Both the position numbers and the translations under genes were made by a program. From the NCBI GenBank assembly GCA_028534125.1, contig CM052821.1:6386001-6450000 (forward strand): a DNA stretch of 64,000 nt, given 5' to 3'. Shown in pieces: positions 25,801 to 38,700 of the stretch. Under the pieces are notes generated by a model, which worked only from the letters and a program-made list of their open reading frames with translations, was not told where the DNA came from and searched no databases. Source of the DNA: Lama glama. Its lineage: Eukaryota. Positions within the stretch are counted from its first letter, which is position 1. Each line of letters begins with the position of its first letter.

Positions 25801-27415
25801 GGTAGCTACTATCATGACTATGGGGCCTAGATACCTATAGGGACCAAATTTCTCCACTGCCCTCTCCTTCCTGACCCCTGCACCTTTCTCCTTCCCCAGG
25901 GGCCTGCCCTGTGTTCCACATCCATCTGCGACCCAAAGAAAGAGGGACTCTGACCAGCCACAGCTGGTGGGAGATTTCCCAGCAAGCTCTGCTCCTGGCC
26001 AGAGTACTGCCTCCAGACTCACTTCCCCACGGGACAGACAGGGAAACCAAGGCCCAGTGAGGAAAAGGGGTACCTCAGAGAGCAGCATGGAGTTGGAGGC
26101 AGGGCAGAGAACAGAAGCTGATCGCCCAACCACCCCACCCCACCCCCACCTTGCCAGGTGCCACTGCTGTGACAAAGGCTGTTTCAGGGTCCCAGGGCGG
26201 AGGGTGCCGGGACACACGCTTGGAAGTCCACATTGGGGGTGTCGGGGGGGTGGTCACCATGCAAGGGCCCAGGACTCCCCAGCCTAACCACACATGGACC
26301 CTTCAGAAGACCTGGGGCTGGACTGTCTTCCCAGAACTCCAGGACGGCAGGTGGTTGGGACTCCCTGGGAGAACCTGCAGGCTGGGGCCGGAGCCTCGGG
26401 GAAGGGCCTGGCTCCTGTTCTGCTTCAGAGCAGAGCCTGTTTTGTTGAACTTCCATCCAGGAAGTGCTACCCTCATCCAACCAGTTCCCAAGGGCCGTGG
26501 AGGTGGAGGATCAGGGGCCCTGGGCCAAAGATTGTGAGGAATGGGTGCGAGGGACACTGCTCCAAGGCTCCTACCGGGTCCTTGAGTACAAGATGAGGCT
26601 GCCAGGGCACTGAGCACAGTGAGGGGCTGGACCCTGCCTGGCCGCCAGCCACCTTGGACCTCAGGGGGTTAATTTATGCTCATGTTTCTCAAGAGTGGGT
26701 GCTTGGTAAGAGTAGAGACCCATGCGCCCCACCCGTCTTCAAGTCCAAGTCTCTGGGGTAGAGCCTAGGAACGTGCACTTTAAGCCACCTGAGCATCTGA
26801 TGAGCTTGGGGGGTCGGAGAACCTACGAGGGGGCACCTTGGCACACATAGGAGCCTCAGAACAATTTTCCTCCTAAGAGGGCAAGGGCCACCATCAACCT
26901 GGATCCTGTTGCTGGGTGCTAGGCACGTGGAGAGGAATGCTGAAAATGGGGATGGAAAAACCTACACTGAGGAACTACAGCTGCTACTGTCATTCTGGGT
27001 TGCCCGGTCCCCAGTCCTAAACTGAGCACCACCCAGCACTCCCACAATCCCAGCAGCCTGGGGGGTGGGGGGGTCCCTCCCCGTTTTACAGATGTGGAAG
27101 TCGAATTAGAGCCCATTGCCCCAGGTTAAGAACTTAGAGCCAAAGCCGGTGCTCTCACCCCTGGGAAATGAGCTGAGTAAACTGAGGCCTATTAGCTCAG
27201 GTTGGTAACATCCACGATTTATGGGGAGCCACCTCTGTCACTTTTGTAATTATGAGGTGTGCCAGAGAGGGAGACAGGATCCCNNNNNNNNNNNNNNNNN
27301 NNNNNNNNNNNNNNNNNNNNNNNNNNNNNNNNNNNNNNNNNNNNNNNNNNNNNNNNNNNNNNNNNNNNNNNNNNNNNNNNNNNNNNNNNNNNNNNNNNNN
27401 NNNNNNNNNNNNNNN

Positions 27416-27867
27416 TTTATGTACATGTGGAAGGAGGCTGGGAAGAGAAAGCAAGTAGGAGGAGGCTGGGAAAGGCGGGCCCAGGCCGGTGGGGGCCCCC
27501 TCCCTCCCCTCCCAACCCCGACTCCCACCTCAACCTCTTCCTTCCTGTATTTACAGCAGCATTCGGCTTATTTACAGCATGGCGGTGTGTGTGTGTTAAA
27601 AACGGTTTATCTTACAAAAACATGAAGGCCAGGGCTGGGCTGGGGGGGTAAGACAAATAGTAGGGGTCACCCCGTGAATGCATTCCCCTCCCCCAGGGCG
27701 TGAGCTCCCTGCCGACCTCCCAGGGCAAGCGGGAGAGAGCCGGCCAGTCTGTAGCTCAGGCCCGGGCCGGGGGTGGTGCTCCGGAGGTCCGTGGGCCATG
27801 GGCTAAAAGGCACGTGGGGTGGCGTCCGAGCGTACATACACAGTGCACGCGTGTTCCCGGGTTGGGG
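27416..27867 (-). other. NR4A1: NR4A1 3'UTR (visible part; polyA signal probably in gap 27284-27415)
   Basis: Directly follows the stop codon; contains UGUAHAUA elements and a GTGCCTT seed match. Confidence 0.8.
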
Positions 27868-28124
27868 TCAGAAGGGCAGTGTGTCCATAAAGATCTTGTC
27901 CACGATGGGCGGAGGGGGCACCAAGTCCTCCAGCTTGAGGTAGAAGATGCGCTGCAGGCCCTGGGTGCACAGGGTCCGCAGCTCGGGCAGCTTGCCCAGC
28001 AGGCGCGACAGGCAGCTGGCCGGCTGGGGCTCGCCGGCCTCGGCCGAGACGTGCTCCTTCAGGCAGCTGGCGATGCGGTTCTGCAGCTCCTCAACGCGCC
28101 GCGGCTCCTGCAGCCCGTGCCGGT
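27868..28124 (-). CDS. NR4A1: NR4A1 last coding exon (LBD C-terminus, AF-2 helix)
   Basis: (D)[84 protein letters not shown] then TGA at 27870-27868. Acceptor CAG at 28127-28125. 257 nt. Confidence 0.98.
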
Positions 28125-29192
28125 CTGCGGGAACGGTGCAAAATTAGCCACACAGCTGAGGACCAGACACCCCTGAAGACCCAGCCTCCCCCAGAGCCCC
28201 CAACCTGCTGTCACTGACCATCCCCTACACCCCTCTGCACTTTGCAAAAGCACGTTCACACACGTGAGCCCATTTCTGCGCCCCATCAGGGGCCCAGGAA
28301 GGCAGTAATGCTCATTAGCCTCATCTCCCAAGTGAGAAACTGAGGCCCAGAGAGGTTAAACGATTTGTCTAAGGTCATTGAAAAAAACTCTAAGCAGGCT
28401 TTCTGACTGGGCCAATGTTGTTTTATTGTTTTGGGGGGTTTTCCCCCAGGCTGTTGTGAGAAGTCCCAGGTTTGAGCAGCAGTGTTGTAGACACCACCAC
28501 CAGAGTAAGCAGCCCTCAAAACCCTCCACTCTGTCTGCAGCCTACAGTGCCTTGGATTTTGTCCTACAGTTTTTTGTCTTACGCAGCTTGTGGAATTTAA
28601 ATTTTAAAAATTAAGTGAAAAAGAGATGGGGGCAGGTTCTGGTGCTTTAAAGAATAAGGAGATCTGAAAACCTCCACATTTAATACCAAAAAGTCTATCC
28701 TGCATAATTATATTGCCATAAAGTACACAGCAAGTGTGGCTCATCTGTCCTGTTAGGAGTCAGGGTAGCAGTTACCCTCGGGGGAGCTGATGGCTGGAAG
28801 GGGCACAAGGAGGGGTTCTGGGGCACTGGTCACATCTGTTTCTTGATCTAGGCGCTGTTTATGTGCCTGCGCTCAGTTTGTGAAAACTCCCTGTAGATAA
28901 CATAGTTAAGATTTTAAAAACAAACCCTAACTTTAGGCCACACATGACACTTACAGTCAGGATCCTGGGTAGTCTGGGCTAATTCACAGGCTGGCTGAGC
29001 TTTGCAGCAGCTGCAGCTCAGCCTGAACCCCGGTTCTGCTGCCTACCAGCTGTGTTGCCTGGAGCCGTGCTGGCCCCGCTCTGCACCTGGTCAGCCTCAC
29101 TTCACAGTGTGGGGGCCCAGGAAGCTCCAGATGCCAGCCCACCCAGGGCCAGGCCCTTAAGCCCTCCCCATCTCCCCAGACTGGGCACTCAC

Positions 29193-29371
29193 CTGTGATG
29201 AGGACGAGTGCAGAAAGGCAGGCGAAGGCAGGGATGTCAACAACCAAGCTGTGCAGGGACCGAGAGAAGGCCAGGATGCTATCGATCCAGTCCCCGAAGC
29301 CTCGGGCACACTGCAGTCGGTGTAGCACCAGGCCTGAGCAGAAGATGAGCTTCCCCTCAGCTGGCTTAGAC
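29193..29371 (-). CDS. NR4A1: NR4A1 coding exon (LBD), 179 nt
   Basis: [59 protein letters not shown], with CAG| and |GTGAGT boundaries. Confidence 0.98.
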
Positions 29372-29465
29372 CTGGCGGCCAGGAACACAGGTGACAGTCA
29401 GCGAGGCTCGAGGGCAGGGCAGCAGGGTGGCAGGGTGAGGGTGGAGCGGACAGCGGGAGGCTCAC

Positions 29466-29668
29466 CGGTAGGCCAGGCGCAGGATGAAGAGCTCCAGGAA
29501 GGCTGAGTCCAGCAGCAGGTCCTGGTCACCCGGGGACAGCTCGGCAAAGCCTGGGATCTTCTCGGCCCACTTGCGGATAACCTCCAGGGAACCGGAGAGC
29601 AGGTCGTAGAACTGCTGCACGTCCCCAGCATCCTCCTTCCCGAAGTGGGGCAGGACCAGCTCCTGGAA
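29466..29668 (-). CDS. NR4A1: NR4A1 coding exon (LBD), 203 nt
   Basis: [68 protein letters not shown], with TAG| and |GTGAG boundaries. Confidence 0.98.
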
Positions 29669-29999
29669 CTAGGGGGCAGTCCCCGGGGGGTCAGCACCCC
29701 AGGGAAAAGCCCCGCACCAAGGCCGCCAAGTACAGCCATGTCATGCCCTTGGATGCCAGGTCCCAGGGGTGAGCAGAGCTGAGATTCCGCCCATGCGCAG
29801 TTGCCAATTCTTGCCTATTAACCCAGGGCTGTGGCTGCTGGAAGGAGCACATTTTTCTAATTGGCCACCACCCAAAGGGGTACATTTTTCCATCTGGTCA
29901 GCTCAGAGGGGCCTCCTCTTTTTTCAATGTGTGGAACTTGGGGTGGAGAGGGTTCTAATATGTAGGAAGGCACTGAATGTGGGGTGGGTGGGGCCTCAC

Positions 30000-30151
30000 C
30001 TTGGAGTAGTCCAGTTTGGAAGTGCTGGGCCCTGAGTCCAGGTGTGCCCGGACCAGGGAGGTGAGGAGATGGGCAGGGGAGGCGTCTGGGGGCTGCTTGG
30101 GCTTTGAAGGGAGCCGTCCCCGCCGCCCCTTCAGGCTGTCTGTCCGGACAA
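30000..30151 (-). CDS. NR4A1: NR4A1 coding exon (C-terminal extension/A-box and hinge), 152 nt
   Basis: [51 protein letters not shown], with CAG| and |GTGAG boundaries. Confidence 0.98.
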
Positions 30152-30270
30152 CTGCAGAGAAATGGGTAGACGTGAGGGAGGAAGGGACTCAGCCCTGGCT
30201 GTGCACACCCATGCTGGGAAGTACCCCGAGTCCAAGGACCTAGAGGCTCCAAGATTGAAGGGGCCCTTCA

Positions 30271-30648
<378 letters not shown>

Positions 30649-31403
30649 CTACTGCCATCGCAGACAAAAGCGCTCTCTGTTCACAGCTATTTTTCTAACA
30701 TTTGGGTGGCAGGGGAGGGAGTGATGGAGGGGCGGGGGGAGGAAGAAAAAAGTCTTGGGGACATTGGGTGAGGGTTCTGCCTCAGAAGGAAGACCCTCAG
30801 AACACAAGACTAGGGGCAAGGGGCTCCTCGGCAGCCCAGACACCTATATTTCTTAAAATGCCTGTGTCCACCAGCCCCTTCCCTGGGGCAGACTCAGGAG
30901 GGCTGAGGAGGGGCTGGGGGTGGGGACAGGAAGCTAAGCAGGCACCCAGAGTTGGGACAAACACACAGCCTGTTCCCAAGTCCACCCCCAGCCCTCAAGC
31001 ACCAAGCCCTCTTCCCAGATCCTTTCATCTTGTGCCAGGAACACGAGTGCCTGGGGCCCCCTTCCCACCAGGACCTTGAGTGGGGGTAGGCCAGGCAGGG
31101 GAGAACCAGAGGCTGGTCAACAGAACTTCCCCTCCTGGGTACCCCTGCAGCCTGCACCTTCTGCCCAAATCTCACCCCTCCCTCCATCTTTCTACAGTCC
31201 CACTGGCCCTGCATGCCTCAGTCCCAGCCCCCTGCCATCTATGGGTCCCCAGGACAGTGGCCCACCTGGCAGACCTGCCCTCTTCCTAAAGGGCAGGACT
31301 TGTTGGGAGGAGAACCCAAGGGATGCTACCACAGACCCCGCTGGGGTAAGAGAACAGCCTAGCTCACTTTTCATAAAAAGCGACACCCAGGGCAGCCCAG
31401 TAC

Positions 31404-32279
31404 CTTGAAGAAGCCCTTGCAGCCCTCGCAGGTGCGGACGCCATAATGCTGGCATGAAGCGTTGTCCCCACACACAGCACAGCGGCCCTCGCTTCCACCT
31501 GGAGCCCCACTCCGGGCCTTGGCTGAGCTCACGGGTGCATCCAGCATCCCCGAGCCATCAAGGTGTGGAGAAGTGGGCACCAGGCCTGGGAAAGCTGTTG
31601 GCATGGAATAGCTCTCTCCCTCTCCCAGCTGGTGGGCAGCCTGTGAGGGGAACAGCTTCAGGGGGCTTTGGGCCAGGCTGGGACTGGGACCGGTTGGGGG
31701 GCTGAAGGAAAAGAAGGCTGGTGGCTGGGGGTGCCCAGAAGCCTTGGGCAGCTGCTCTGTCCATGCCCGCAGGCCTTCATAAGTCTGGCTGGGTGAGAAG
31801 GGGCCGAAGGAGCCGTCCCAGGGAGAGAGCTGGGGTGGCTGGAAGCTAGGCGTGGACGGTGACGGAGCTGAGCAGGGACTGCCATAGTAGTCAGAGCCGC
31901 TGGAGGACAGGGTCTCATCCAGGGGGCCGCTCAGGGTGCCAGGATAGCAGCCGTACACCTGGAAGTCCTCGAACTTGAAGGAAGCAGAGGCAGGGGAGGT
32001 GGCCGACGATGAGGATGTAGAGGAGGCCGAGGAGGAAGCCGAGGAGCACGGCTGGGCTGTTCCTGGCAGCTGGTAGAGGAAGGTGTCAAACTCCCCTGTG
32101 TAGCCGTCCATGAAGGTGCTGAAGCTGGGCAAGGCCGTGGGGACAGCGGGGGCCGCCTCGGGGCTGGCCAGGTCCATGTTGGGCTTGCTGAGCTCGGGGG
32201 TCAGGGGGTCGCTTGCCAGGTGGTCACGGGCTCCTGGGCTTGGTGCTGGTGTCCCATATTGGGCTTGGATACAGGGCAT
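31404..32279 (-). CDS. NR4A1: NR4A1 (Nur77/NGFI-B) first coding exon: AF-1 domain and first zinc finger, 876 nt
   Basis: [16 protein letters not shown]...[26 protein letters not shown]. Acceptor CAG|AGATG (exon starts 32281), donor AAG|GTACTG. The six exons total 1797 nt = 598 aa + stop. Confidence 0.99.
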
Positions 32280-34258
32280 CTCTGGAGAGGGAGGAGACCA
32301 AAGGGAGGGAGGGGGGAGTCAGTAAGAGAAGCCTGAAGCCTGACCTCTAAGTATAGGCCCCTGAGCAGCCAGGTGGCAAGAATCCCAGCCAGACATGGGA
32401 CACTGAGGCGTTAGGGCCATGGCCCACCATGGAACTCAGGAATCCTGGCCCCAAACCAGAGCACCATCTCAACCTTCATGTCATAAAGCCCCCGGGCAAG
32501 AGTGGGCTCAGTCGGAAGGCCAGCCACACCCCAGCAGCCTGGGAACCCTAGGGAAGGCATCCGGCCAGCATTTCTCTGCTGGAACAGGGGAAAGCTGTGT
32601 TCCTCCGGCCCCCTGCCCCTCCCTCACTGGGTAAAGCACGGGTCGGGGCTGGGAGAAGGGTGGGTGGGAGAGGCAGACAGGCAAAGTCTGAGCCCGGGGA
32701 GCAGATACGCTGTTCCTCTAACCTGGCACTTCTGGGAATACTCCCAGGCAGGGGCCCAGCCTCTGCAAAACCTCCTTTCCTCCTCCCCACACAGTGCCTG
32801 GGCAGAAGGACACCCTGAAAATGGAAGAGGAGCTGGGAGTGAAGTTCCAGCTGCCTAAGAGAGCAGCCTATGCAGTGATGAGCCTGTCCCCTCCATCCCC
32901 GCCCCCCCCTTACATACTGAGCAAAGGCTGTAGATCCTATGCTCACCCCAGTCCTGCCATCTGGGGATGGGTACCCACTCTGCGCTGCCTGGGATGCTCC
33001 CAGAAGCAAAGAGGGCGGGAGCCCAGTCTCCTCACTCAGTCCCCAGCTCCCCAAGGGATCGGGTAACCTGGCTCCAGACCTTTAAAGGCCATATACCTGG
33101 AAGGGGGAGCATAAGGGAGAAGACAGCAGCCCCGTGGACTTCCAGGAGAATGGGCAGTTCTGAAGAAAAATTTCTCTGCTACCCCCAAAGTATTTCTCCC
33201 TGTTATTTCCATAAGAGAACGCAGAGGCCAGCAGAAGACTTGATATGGCTATGCAGCAGGGAGAAGGAGCCTGTTCGTGGGCGGATGGAACCCTGGGTCC
33301 CTCCACTAAAGAGTGTCTGTGCCCTGATGAGTCCACGAGTTCAGGCGAAGAGGGTTGCACCCTCCAATACTGAGAAGCCTGAAGAAGCAGACAGAGCATC
33401 ATTCGGGGGGATCCTTAAGTTCAAGATCAGTCAAAAACTAACACAGAGGGGGCTCTGGAACAGTTTCCCATCCTAACTCCTAGCCTGGGGTCTACATGAC
33501 CCCAGGGCTCATGGGTCAAGGAGGGAGGCTGAGTAAGAAAGCAAGTTGGAACAAAGAGTGCCATAATCAAGGGGGATAACAGGAGGGGGCAAAGGCTGGC
33601 ATCACTTCCTGGCCAAGATCCCAGGGAGTTCTCTGATTCTAGCCTTTCTCCCACCTTCTTGGCCCTAGACAGGGCAGCTCCACCCATGGCCTGACACTCC
33701 CACTACCGTCCCAGACAACAGAGCCCCTAGAAACTCTGGCCCCACCCACTCAGTGGCACCTGTCCACAGGCATATAGCACCTGCAAGAGATAAGGGTGGC
33801 CACGTCTGCCTGCACTAGGACAGCCTGGGCAAGGGATGGATTTGGGGTGGAGAAGGAGAGGCAGCAGCTAAGCAGGGCTGGGTGTTCCGGCCTTATTCAA
33901 ATACCGTTTCTCCACTTGGACGTCCCACACCCGGATCAACGCCCCCCCCCCCGCCAAACTACCCCTGACTCCCGGCTTCCTGCAGGTACTTAATGACACA
34001 AGATATGGACCTACGTCTAGCCTTGTGGTGGGGGGAGCGGCAAGGAGGAGGAAGAGGCGGGGTTGAAGGAGGGGGCAAGGAGAATCAGGCTTCAGGCAGG
34101 TCCTGGCAACAATGTGGTTTGCACCTGTTATGCTGAACAAGCCTCAGGCAGCACCCTACCTGTGTGATCCAACAGAGACTATGGGGGAGGGTGTATCCTC
34201 TAGGTGGTACTACACCAGAGACTGAAACATTAGCAACTCCTATCCGGGATCCCTGAGG

Positions 34259-34295
34259 ACCAGGGTTTCCACCCTCTCTCTCCCTCTCCCTCTCC

Positions 34296-34333
<38 letters not shown>

Positions 34334-34392
34334 ACACCAGGGTTTCCACCTCTCTCCCCCCCCCGCCCCCTACTGACACACACACACACATC
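34259..34392 (+). repeat. Compound (CT)n(CA)n microsatellite with local tandem duplication in NR4A1 intron 1
   Basis: ACCAGGGTTTCCACC at 34259-34273 and 34336-34350, each followed by a pyrimidine tract and a CA run. Confidence 0.85.
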
Positions 34393-35085
34393 ACCAAGCT
34401 ACAGCAAAAACAATCTTCCCAGTGCTTCCAGAGACCCTGCCCCTAAGAAGACTCCTTTATTCCAACACACAGTAGCAGTGTCCCTCCACAGTTCAGCCAC
34501 CAATACTGGCCATTTGCTTCGGCAATCCAGACTTCTCCTAAGATAGTTCAGGCAGAAACTTTGGGCTGAGGATCCCTACAAACTAAGCGACAGCCTCTTA
34601 AGTGTTAAGAAAACAACTAGGGGCAGGGACAAGCTAGGAAGGAGTCCCTTTTGGAAATCTAATCCTTGTAGGAGTCAGATCTCAGCAGCCCAAGTTCTGT
34701 GCACCTTCTCCCCCACCCACTACTCAGACCCCCATCAGCACTTAAGTCCCCGGCGCTCTGTGCCTACTAATGGACCCTAGGAGACTGAACTCCAGCCAGC
34801 CTACTACTGAACAAGTCCCCACAGCTAGCAACAACCTAACCCTCTGTGGCTTTCACCTTGCACAGACACCCCCCGCACCCAGCAGACTCCAGTCCGATCT
34901 GGGTCCTCATTCCGTTCCAACCACTAACCCCCAACGCCAGAGCTGCATCCTATACCCGCCCTCCTTCACGCTGACCCTAAAACATCCTTTCTGACCGTGC
35001 GAACATCCATCTCCTTTACGCAACAACCCCCAGAAAACAAAATAGAGAGCCCTGCTGAGGTGCACGCTCTCCGTAGGGCACCTAC

Positions 35086-35205
35086 CCGTCGGCTCCTGCT
35101 CCCCCTGCCCGGGACCAGCGCCCCAAGTCGCAGCCTGGTCCCGCGTGCGCTCCTGCGATTCTGCACACTCCCCCAACTTTCGCAGCCTCCACCACTGGGA
35201 CTCCC
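35086..35205 (-). other. NR4A1: NR4A1 canonical non-coding exon 1
   Basis: Sequence GGGAGTCCCAGTGGTGGAGGCTGCGAAAGTTGGGGGAGTGTGCAGAA resembles the human exon 1 as recalled. Donor CGG|GTAGGT at 35086/35085. TSS approximate. Confidence 0.8.
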
Positions 35206-35760
35206 GGCCGCGCAGGACCCAGCTCTTAAGCGCTCCGTGACGCATGGGGAGGGGCGGGGGCGCCACTGANNNNNNNNNNNNNNNNNNNNNNNNNNNNNNN
35301 NNNNNNNNNNNNNNNNNNNNNNNNNNNNNNNNNNNNNNNNNNNNNNNNNNNNNNNNNNNNNNNNNNNNNNNNNNNNNNNNNNNNNNNNNNNNNNNNNNNN
35401 NNNNNNNNNNNNNNNNNNNNNNNNNNNNNNNNNNNNNNNNNNNNNNNNNNNNNNNNNNNNNNNNNNNNNNNNNGCGCCCGCCGCGCCGGCTAAAAATAGC
35501 AGTTCGCGGACTTGCAAGGCTCCCCCAAGCCAGACCCAGGACCCGGCCAGGGGGCCGCAGCGGTCGAAATAACTGACCAGAGGGCCAGAGCCGGAGAAGG
35601 GGGCGCTCTAGCGCGCGGCCGGCCGCGGGGCTTCCCCCGACGAGGATCTCCGGCTGCTCCCGGGAGCCACAACAGTGTCCGGCTCCGCCTTTGCACCCAC
35701 CCCAGACCTTCCCGCGAGCCTAGGGTGTCCACTGCCCTGATGGGCGGCCCGGGCAGGCCT
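35206..35760 (-). promoter_or_regulatory. NR4A1: NR4A1 proximal promoter CpG island (CRE/AP-1-like and MEF2 sites; partly in gap)
   Basis: TATA-like CTTAAGAG at ~35230-35223, TGCGTCA at 35244-35238, a second such element cut by the gap at 35270, perfect MEF2 site CTAAAAATAG at 35490-35499. This is the established architecture of the Nur77 promoter. Confidence 0.85.
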
Positions 35761-38700
35761 AGCGCTGGGACTGGTAACTCAGGGACGCACCCCAGGGAAC
35801 CTGCGCCCCCACCTCAGCCCCAGCGCTGCCAGTGCACTTGACCCGTCTGCCCCAGCAAGGTCTCGGGCTGAGAGGTTGCCCCAGGGACGTCAGACACCAC
35901 ACTACTCCCCCCACCCCTCGCACCCCCCCTTATTCCCTCCCCTCGGTTTCTCATGCAAAGTACCTTCCGGAGGGCAGGGATTCGCTAAACCCAAGATAGG
36001 CCAATGGGCCGTGCTTCACACGGTGAACTTGATTTCTCACCACTACGCTCGCCAGTCCCTGACAGAGTGAGAGCACTCTGGTTGGGAAATTACCGAATTT
36101 CAGAACCGGGTGGAGCCTGAGAAATATTTTCAAATTTGTGCCGACTCTTCCCCATTTTATAAGTAAACAGGCTCAGAAAAATAATGGCATTTGCTCAAGG
36201 TCACACAGCAAGGTGGTGGCACACTGGGGTGGAACTCCGCCACTAACTACATCTCTAGGGGATCTCTTCACACCCTCCCCGTCTATGATCAGGGAGTACG
36301 CACCCTCCCACCTCGTCTCCAACACCAGTGGAGAGAGTCACCTGCCCCCGGGAGCGCCCTGGCAGGGCTGCATCCGGGCATCTGCAGCCTTCCCCAGGCT
36401 GGCTGGCACCCCTCCCCACTTTCTGCCCGAAGTCTGGGGAGCTCTCACCTGCTAGATAAGAGAGAAAGGCTACTATTTAGGAGAAGAGAGCCCCTCCACC
36501 CACCCCACCTCAGCTCCCCGGTAAGCTCACACTGAGCCTGCACCCACGGACCCCACTCTCAGGTCATCCGGTCACCCTCCAGCACTTCCCTCTACCCTTG
36601 AGGCACTTCCTGCTCCTCACTTCTCCTCTCACCCGCATCTCAGTTTTCCCACCCTCTGGTCTCCAACTTTTACTTCTGCCCACTCAAAGGTCCCGCCAGC
36701 ACCTCAAACTTCACCCATTCCAGACAGAGCCTGCCATGTCTGAACTCCCTGTCTGCCACCTCATCACTGCTCCTGATGCCCCACATGCAGCTTTCCATTC
36801 TGAAATTCTATTCTGGAATCTATCTTGGATCCCTGTTCCTATTGCCAGCCATAGCCCATGCCCCACTGGTGCCTGAAGGCAGCAGACCAGCTGAGTGAGG
36901 CCAGTGACTTACTCCTCTCCTTGCCCACGCCCATTAAGATAATGCCCCTTAACCAGCTTTCTCCCCTTTCCAAACCCTACTGTCCACCACGGATGGAGCA
37001 GTCTTCATGTAACACCAGTCTCATTCAGTGATCCCTTCAGGACCTAACATAGCTCCCCCATCTCAGCGTACAGTCTCAGCGAGGATTGGTCTTCAGAGAG
37101 CTCCGGACTTTCCTAACCATCTTCCGAAGATCCTTCAAGATCACCTGGGTGAAGGGCAAGTGTGGGCAGGATGATGTGAAGGGACCTGTCCAGGATCCCC
37201 ACCCTACTTCAGCCAAAGTTTTGTTTTTCTTTGTCTTGGGCTTTTGCATAGGATTATACTTGGGGGAAAANNNNNNNNNNNNNNNNNNNNNNNNNNNNNN
37301 NNNNNNNNNNNNNNNNNNNNNNNNNNNNNNNNNNNNNNNNNNNNNNNNNNNNNNNNNNNNNNNNNNNNNNNNNNNNNNNNNNNNNNNNNNNNNNNNNNNN
37401 NNNNNNNNNNNNNNNNTTTCCAGATTAGAGCCCAGAGGAGCTGCACTTTGCTCAGGAGCACAAGCAAGTCTGGATTGATTTCCTCACCTAGCCTCCCACC
37501 CGACCCTGCGTTGCCTCCCCAACCTCTTCGGGGCCTTTCTCAGAAAATAAAAATAATTCTGATATGTTAGCAAAAGGTGATTAGCCAGGTCAGTGTTCTT
37601 CCTGCTTATCCTCACCAGCAAAAATAGGTATATTAGCTGCACCCTTAATGGCTCTTTGAGAGCTGAGCCCACCTTGAGCCCTAGCACCCCCTTTCTCCCC
37701 CACCACTTTCCATTTGTAAAAAGCAACACAGACCATCCCTACCCTCTCATGGGAGGCCCACCCAGGAACCCCAGGGAACTCAAGTGTGATGAGGAGCTGT
37801 CCAGGCCCCCAGCCTAAATTTCCACATCTCAGCATCTAGCCTTCAGATCTGTGCCAGCAACCCTGGCCCCACGTCCCCGCGAGGCTGCAGGTTTGGAGGC
37901 TTCAGTCTTGCTGCCCCAGAAGCAGAGGGAGAGAGGGCAACTGCAGCTGCCGCCTGGCCATGCTTAAGGAGCCAGGGGATGCTGGCGGCTCTGAGCACAA
38001 TACACTCTGAAAATAAGGAAATAAGGAGAAAAGGGCAGAGTTCCTCTTGGGAACACAGCCAGGGAGAACCTAGCCTAAGACAGAGGGGAGGGAGGGAGAG
38101 GGGCTTGGGGACCCCGGGCCTCATCCCTGCTGGCCCTCCAGGGAGGGTGGCTTGGGGCTCTGAGGGAGGTGGAATCCAGCTAAGGTGGAACTCTTGAAAA
38201 AAGCCATAACTGATGCAGACTTTGGGAGGCTTAGTACATAAGCTGGTCCAAGGCTGGATGGAGAATCCAAGGAGACACCCCTTCAACCCCAGTCTTTAAG
38301 AGCAAGGTCAGAGTAAACAGCTCGTTGAAGGAGAGGTAGGAGGCAGGCAGGGACAGGTAATGATGGGAGAGGTGTCCAAAACTAGAGGTAAGGACCAGAA
38401 GGTAAGGCAGGGTGGTGATAACACAGGAAAGGCTAGGAAAGATGCTGTATTGGAGACAAGAGACAGCTGCTCAAGGTCAGGCTCCCACTGCACAGCATAG
38501 CCCACCAATCTGCCCTCATCATCCCCAGCTCCCTGCTGCCCAAATATCAGGACCCTGGGCTAAACGGTCCCACCACCCATTGGGCACATTGTTCCTCTTC
38601 CTTCTACTCTAATCCTATTGATCCTCTAAGACCCATTAGACTCATATTCCACCCTCCTGGACCAGCCTAACTCAAAAATTAACACCTTTTCACTGGAGGG

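Noticed and set aside
31371-31403. 302-aa NR4A1 ORF ending [10 protein letters not shown]
   Set aside because: Read-through past the GT donor at 31403. An intron-retained truncated form is conceivable but has no support in sequence alone.
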